The notes under the pieces are model-generated. The model had not been told where the DNA came from. It searched no databases and saw nothing but the letters and a program-made list of their open reading frames with translations. From contig NW_005434595.1 in the NCBI RefSeq assembly GCF_000315625.1, forward strand, positions 341,719 to 405,718: a stretch of 64,000 nt of DNA, written 5' to 3'. Origin of the DNA: Guillardia theta CCMP2712 (lineage: Eukaryota; Protista; Cryptophyta). Below are positions 60,908 through 64,000 of the stretch, in pieces. A program made the translations under genes and the position numbers. Each line of letters starts with the position of its first letter. The first letter of the stretch is position 1.

Positions 60908-62900
60908 TCTCCACAACTGCGACCTGGACTACCCCACCACCTGGAGGAGGGCGGCGGACAACTCGTGGCAGCTCGACCTCTGCATGACGAGCTACAGGGA
61001 CCGCCCGAGGACGGGCTTCATGGGCTTTTGCAACGGGTGGGCGGGGGAGGACGACTTTGAGCACGTCCCGCAGGCCATCCACATGTGCTCGCAGCTCCAG
61101 ATATGCACAAGGCAGGACTTCTACGTCAATGGCTACAAGTTGGAGAGCCGGAAGATCAACTGGATCTCGAACAACGGCAACTCAACCCCACCGACCGCGA
61201 GCTCAACGACGGGATACCCTGCCGGATGGACCCCATGGTCGCACCCCTGGCCCACATGTTCTGCGAATCCAGCGACCTGGAGGTGCTCAAGGCCAACTGC
61301 GACCTGAACCCCTCCTACACCGTCAACCTGCAGAGCCTGTGCAACTACTACAGGTTCGATTACGCGAGGAGGAGCGTAGACACCATCGCCACCCTGGTGA
61401 ACGACGTGCTCTTCACCTACTTCAAGAGGGGCTGTAGCACCTGGGAGGACTACCAGAGAAGGGCGACCTGCGCGCTCAACCATGCACAACACGGTGGACG
61501 TTACGGGGTTCACGGCGGGGAGCCTCGACGTCATCCCCTGCGTGGGCTGGAAGAACGGGAGGAACGCGGATTACAGGCCCAAGACCATGCAGGACTTCCT
61601 CCTCAGCGCCGACGCCCTCTTTCCCGAGAGCAGCTCGCAGATCAGCCTCAGCGCCGCGGATCTCGGCGTGGCCATCTACGACAACCTCTCAGTACACCGC
61701 CCTCACGGATGCAAAGGCCATCGTCGCGGAGGCCATGGGATACCCGGAACCTCTCCTGCGTCCACCTGCGCAACCGGAACAAGATCCTCTACACGGACCC
61801 GGTGCCCTACGACGACGGGACCTAACCCACCGACCCGGACCTCCCTGGCATATTCCAGCAGGCGATCAACTTCATGCTTTTAAACCCTAAACCCTGGGGG
61901 TGCTGTTCTAAACGGATCTTCCTCGATAACGAACTGGATGTCATACTGCAGGGCGTAAGGCGCACCGACGAGTTGCGCAGTACGACGTGAGCGGGAGCAA
62001 CAGGGATTTCCTACACGCGGCTACCCATCGATGTTGTCCTTGTACAGCGACCCGTAGAACCTGTCCGCGTTGGCCCGCGGCCGACCCCCGTGCCCGTACG
62101 GTAGAAGGTGTGGGACGAGCAGACGGTGAGCTCGGTGAGGTACGCCGGCACTGTCGATGTCCCGAACCTCTCCGTCCTGCAGAAAGAGGCGATATGGGCA
62201 GACCCCGGCTCCCGCCCCACGGGCACCAGCAGGAGGTGCAACACCACGAATTGCATTGGGAGCAATGGGGAGGTCACGGTGTGCCTGGGAGGAACCTGTA
62301 ACGTGAGGATGGCCGACGTGCTCGTACACGCCATCTCCGTCATCCTCAGCAACAAGACGGAGGTGTTCTGCGCATCCGACTATGCCGCAGGAACTTCATG
62401 GAACTGCCTCCCTTACTCCAACGGCGAGACGCTCAAGCAGTGCCTCTCCCACCACGAGAGGCCCTCGGCCTACGTCGTGAGCCATGGGGAATCCATCCTC
62501 ACCCGCCTCACCGCGGAGCAGGTGCTCTCCCCCTTCACCGCCCACTGGGCAGACTGCGAGAGGCCAGAGAGGGGGCCTGCGACAACTTCTCCCGCCTCGT
62601 GAATGCCCAGTGCGTCACATGCAATAACCAGCCCCCCTCCCGCACCGGGGTGATGAGCTCCGCGACCAACAACCTCTGCAAGCGGGGGATAAGGAGCAAC
62701 GACACCTGCACCCAGAGACAGGGCCTCCACCGGCATGTTCAGGACCAACCCGAACAAGGTCGTGGAAGACGATGGACTGGCTCAAGACCTACGACATCGA
62801 CTCGCGCAGCGACTAGAGCCCCTCGGGCAACGCCGTGACGGGGTCGCAGACTGGTCCTGCCCCGTCCGGGAGATGCATTACTGGGGAGTCGATCGTTCCA
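60908..62900 (+). pseudogene. Frameshifted, apparently intronless fragment of a large Cys-rich protein gene
   Basis: Protein-like Cys/Asn/Tyr-rich segments hop between frames (ORFs 60984, 61085, 61482, 62108, 62398, 62735) without evident GT-AG introns; codons end strongly in C/G. Confidence 0.6.
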
Positions 62901-62959
62901 AACCTTCCAATCCAAGGCCCTCTATAGCCCCAGGGCGGCCGCAATGTTCTCCGAGGCGA

Positions 62960-63810
62960 TGAGTGAGATCTGCAGCAGCTCCTCCTCGCAGGATGACGCG
63001 CGGCTGTCGCTCATTCCGAAGTTCAGTCCCACGGTCTAGCCGTGGCCTCAGGCCTACCGAGTCACCGTACGAGACTCAGTCATTGAGTCATGAATGTCAC
63101 CGTCCGGCGTACGAGGCTCAGTCATTGAGTCATCAGGGAGTCAAGTTGTCGGCGGGACTGCCCGGGCCCCGCCGGGCCGGGCGTAGCCTGCTACTAGGCT
63201 AGGCAAAGCGGAAGTTCAAAGTCCCCTCAGTACCGTTCGGTGATCGTATGTTGACTTGAAGCCTTGAAGGCTTCGGGCCCATGTTGAAATCATCTGGCTG
63301 CCTTCAAAGTACTCAAAGTTGCCAATACCTTGTGACTGTGTTAGTGCCTGACTCAGTGAAGTGACCGCCCGAGTCTCACCCCCGGGGGGCCCGGGGTGTG
63401 ATTGCCGCGCGAGCTTCCGAGTTCCGGAGGGCCCGGCGGTCCCGAGTCCGACTTGGCATTGCTTGGTGTCAGTAACCGGAGGGTCCTTGCGTTACTCATC
63501 AATCTTCCCCACCGCCATCACCCTCGCCATCAGAGGCCGGGGAGGGCCGCCGCTCCCCGGTGACTCTCGGAGCCCGCCGGGCCGGCAGATCCGCCGCCGG
63601 GGTTAAAGTATGGTAGGCTCAGTCGCGGGCAATGACTTGCTGACTCTGTGGGTCAGGGCCGGGCCGCCCACCGTGAGTCACTCTGCGCGGCGGCCGGGCT
63701 GAACGTACCGTACCGGCGGCAGTAGGAAGCAAGGCTTGATATTGTAATGAGAGTAAATCTCATCCTCCTTTATGACTGCCCGGCCGGCCCGTCGCTGAGT
63801 CAGTGGGAGC
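62960..63810. repeat. GC-rich palindrome-dense element E with an internal direct repeat
   Basis: cgtacgagRctcagtcattgagtcat occurs twice (about 63066 and 63107); also cccccggggggcccgggg, tgactcagt, cgtaccgtacc. Confidence 0.6.
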
Positions 63811-64000
63811 GATGTAGGTAGACATCGGTTGATACTTGATGATGAGCGGCTGAAAAGCTCATCTTGCTCTCCTTAGTAGAGGCCTTGAGGGGCGTGGGAG
63901 GTTAAGGGAGAAGGAGAGGAGGACCCAGCTCATTAGCTCCACAACCCGGGAAGATCGCCCCTTTTCCTTTTTCTTTTTTTTCTTTTTTTTGCTTTTTTTT

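Noticed and set aside
61881-61895. taaaccctaaaccct telomere-like doublet
   Set aside because: Only two units, and it reads in frame (LNPKPW) within the relic; insufficient for an interstitial telomere call.

Overview
A gene-dense eukaryotic nuclear scaffold with short GT-AG introns (mostly about 45-90 bp). Several genes carry signal-plus-transit (bipartite) plastid leaders, and ycf34 is nucleus-encoded. This points to an alga with a red-derived secondary plastid, most likely a cryptophyte of the Guillardia/Hanusia type (inference from sequence style only). About 20 protein genes are recognisable, in order: a >9 kb multidomain gene (Mib-HERC2-like repeats, IQ, discoidin, split beta-helix), a TMEM43-like membrane protein, FAD4-type desaturase, Ycf34, a giant LRR/PH/EF-hand protein, a repeat-expanded ankyrin protein, ANKRD39, a TTLL3-type glycylase, a RUS/DUF647 protein, a PDZ protein, a bacterial-type aldolase/SDR fusion, a coiled-coil protein, an EF-hand nicotinamidase, a HAD hydrolase, an NPPY amino-methyltransferase-like protein, proteasome beta1, NIP7, a pseudokinase-ARM protein, a small plastid-targeted protein and H2A.X. 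Non-coding structure includes five GC-rich, palindrome-dense mosaic elements (four between divergent units), YACCCC clusters near gene starts, microsatellites, a fold-back repeat at a 100-N gap, and a frameshifted intronless Cys-rich relic of possibly viral origin. No rRNA, tRNA or CRISPR was recognised. Exon boundaries were read by eye and are approximate.
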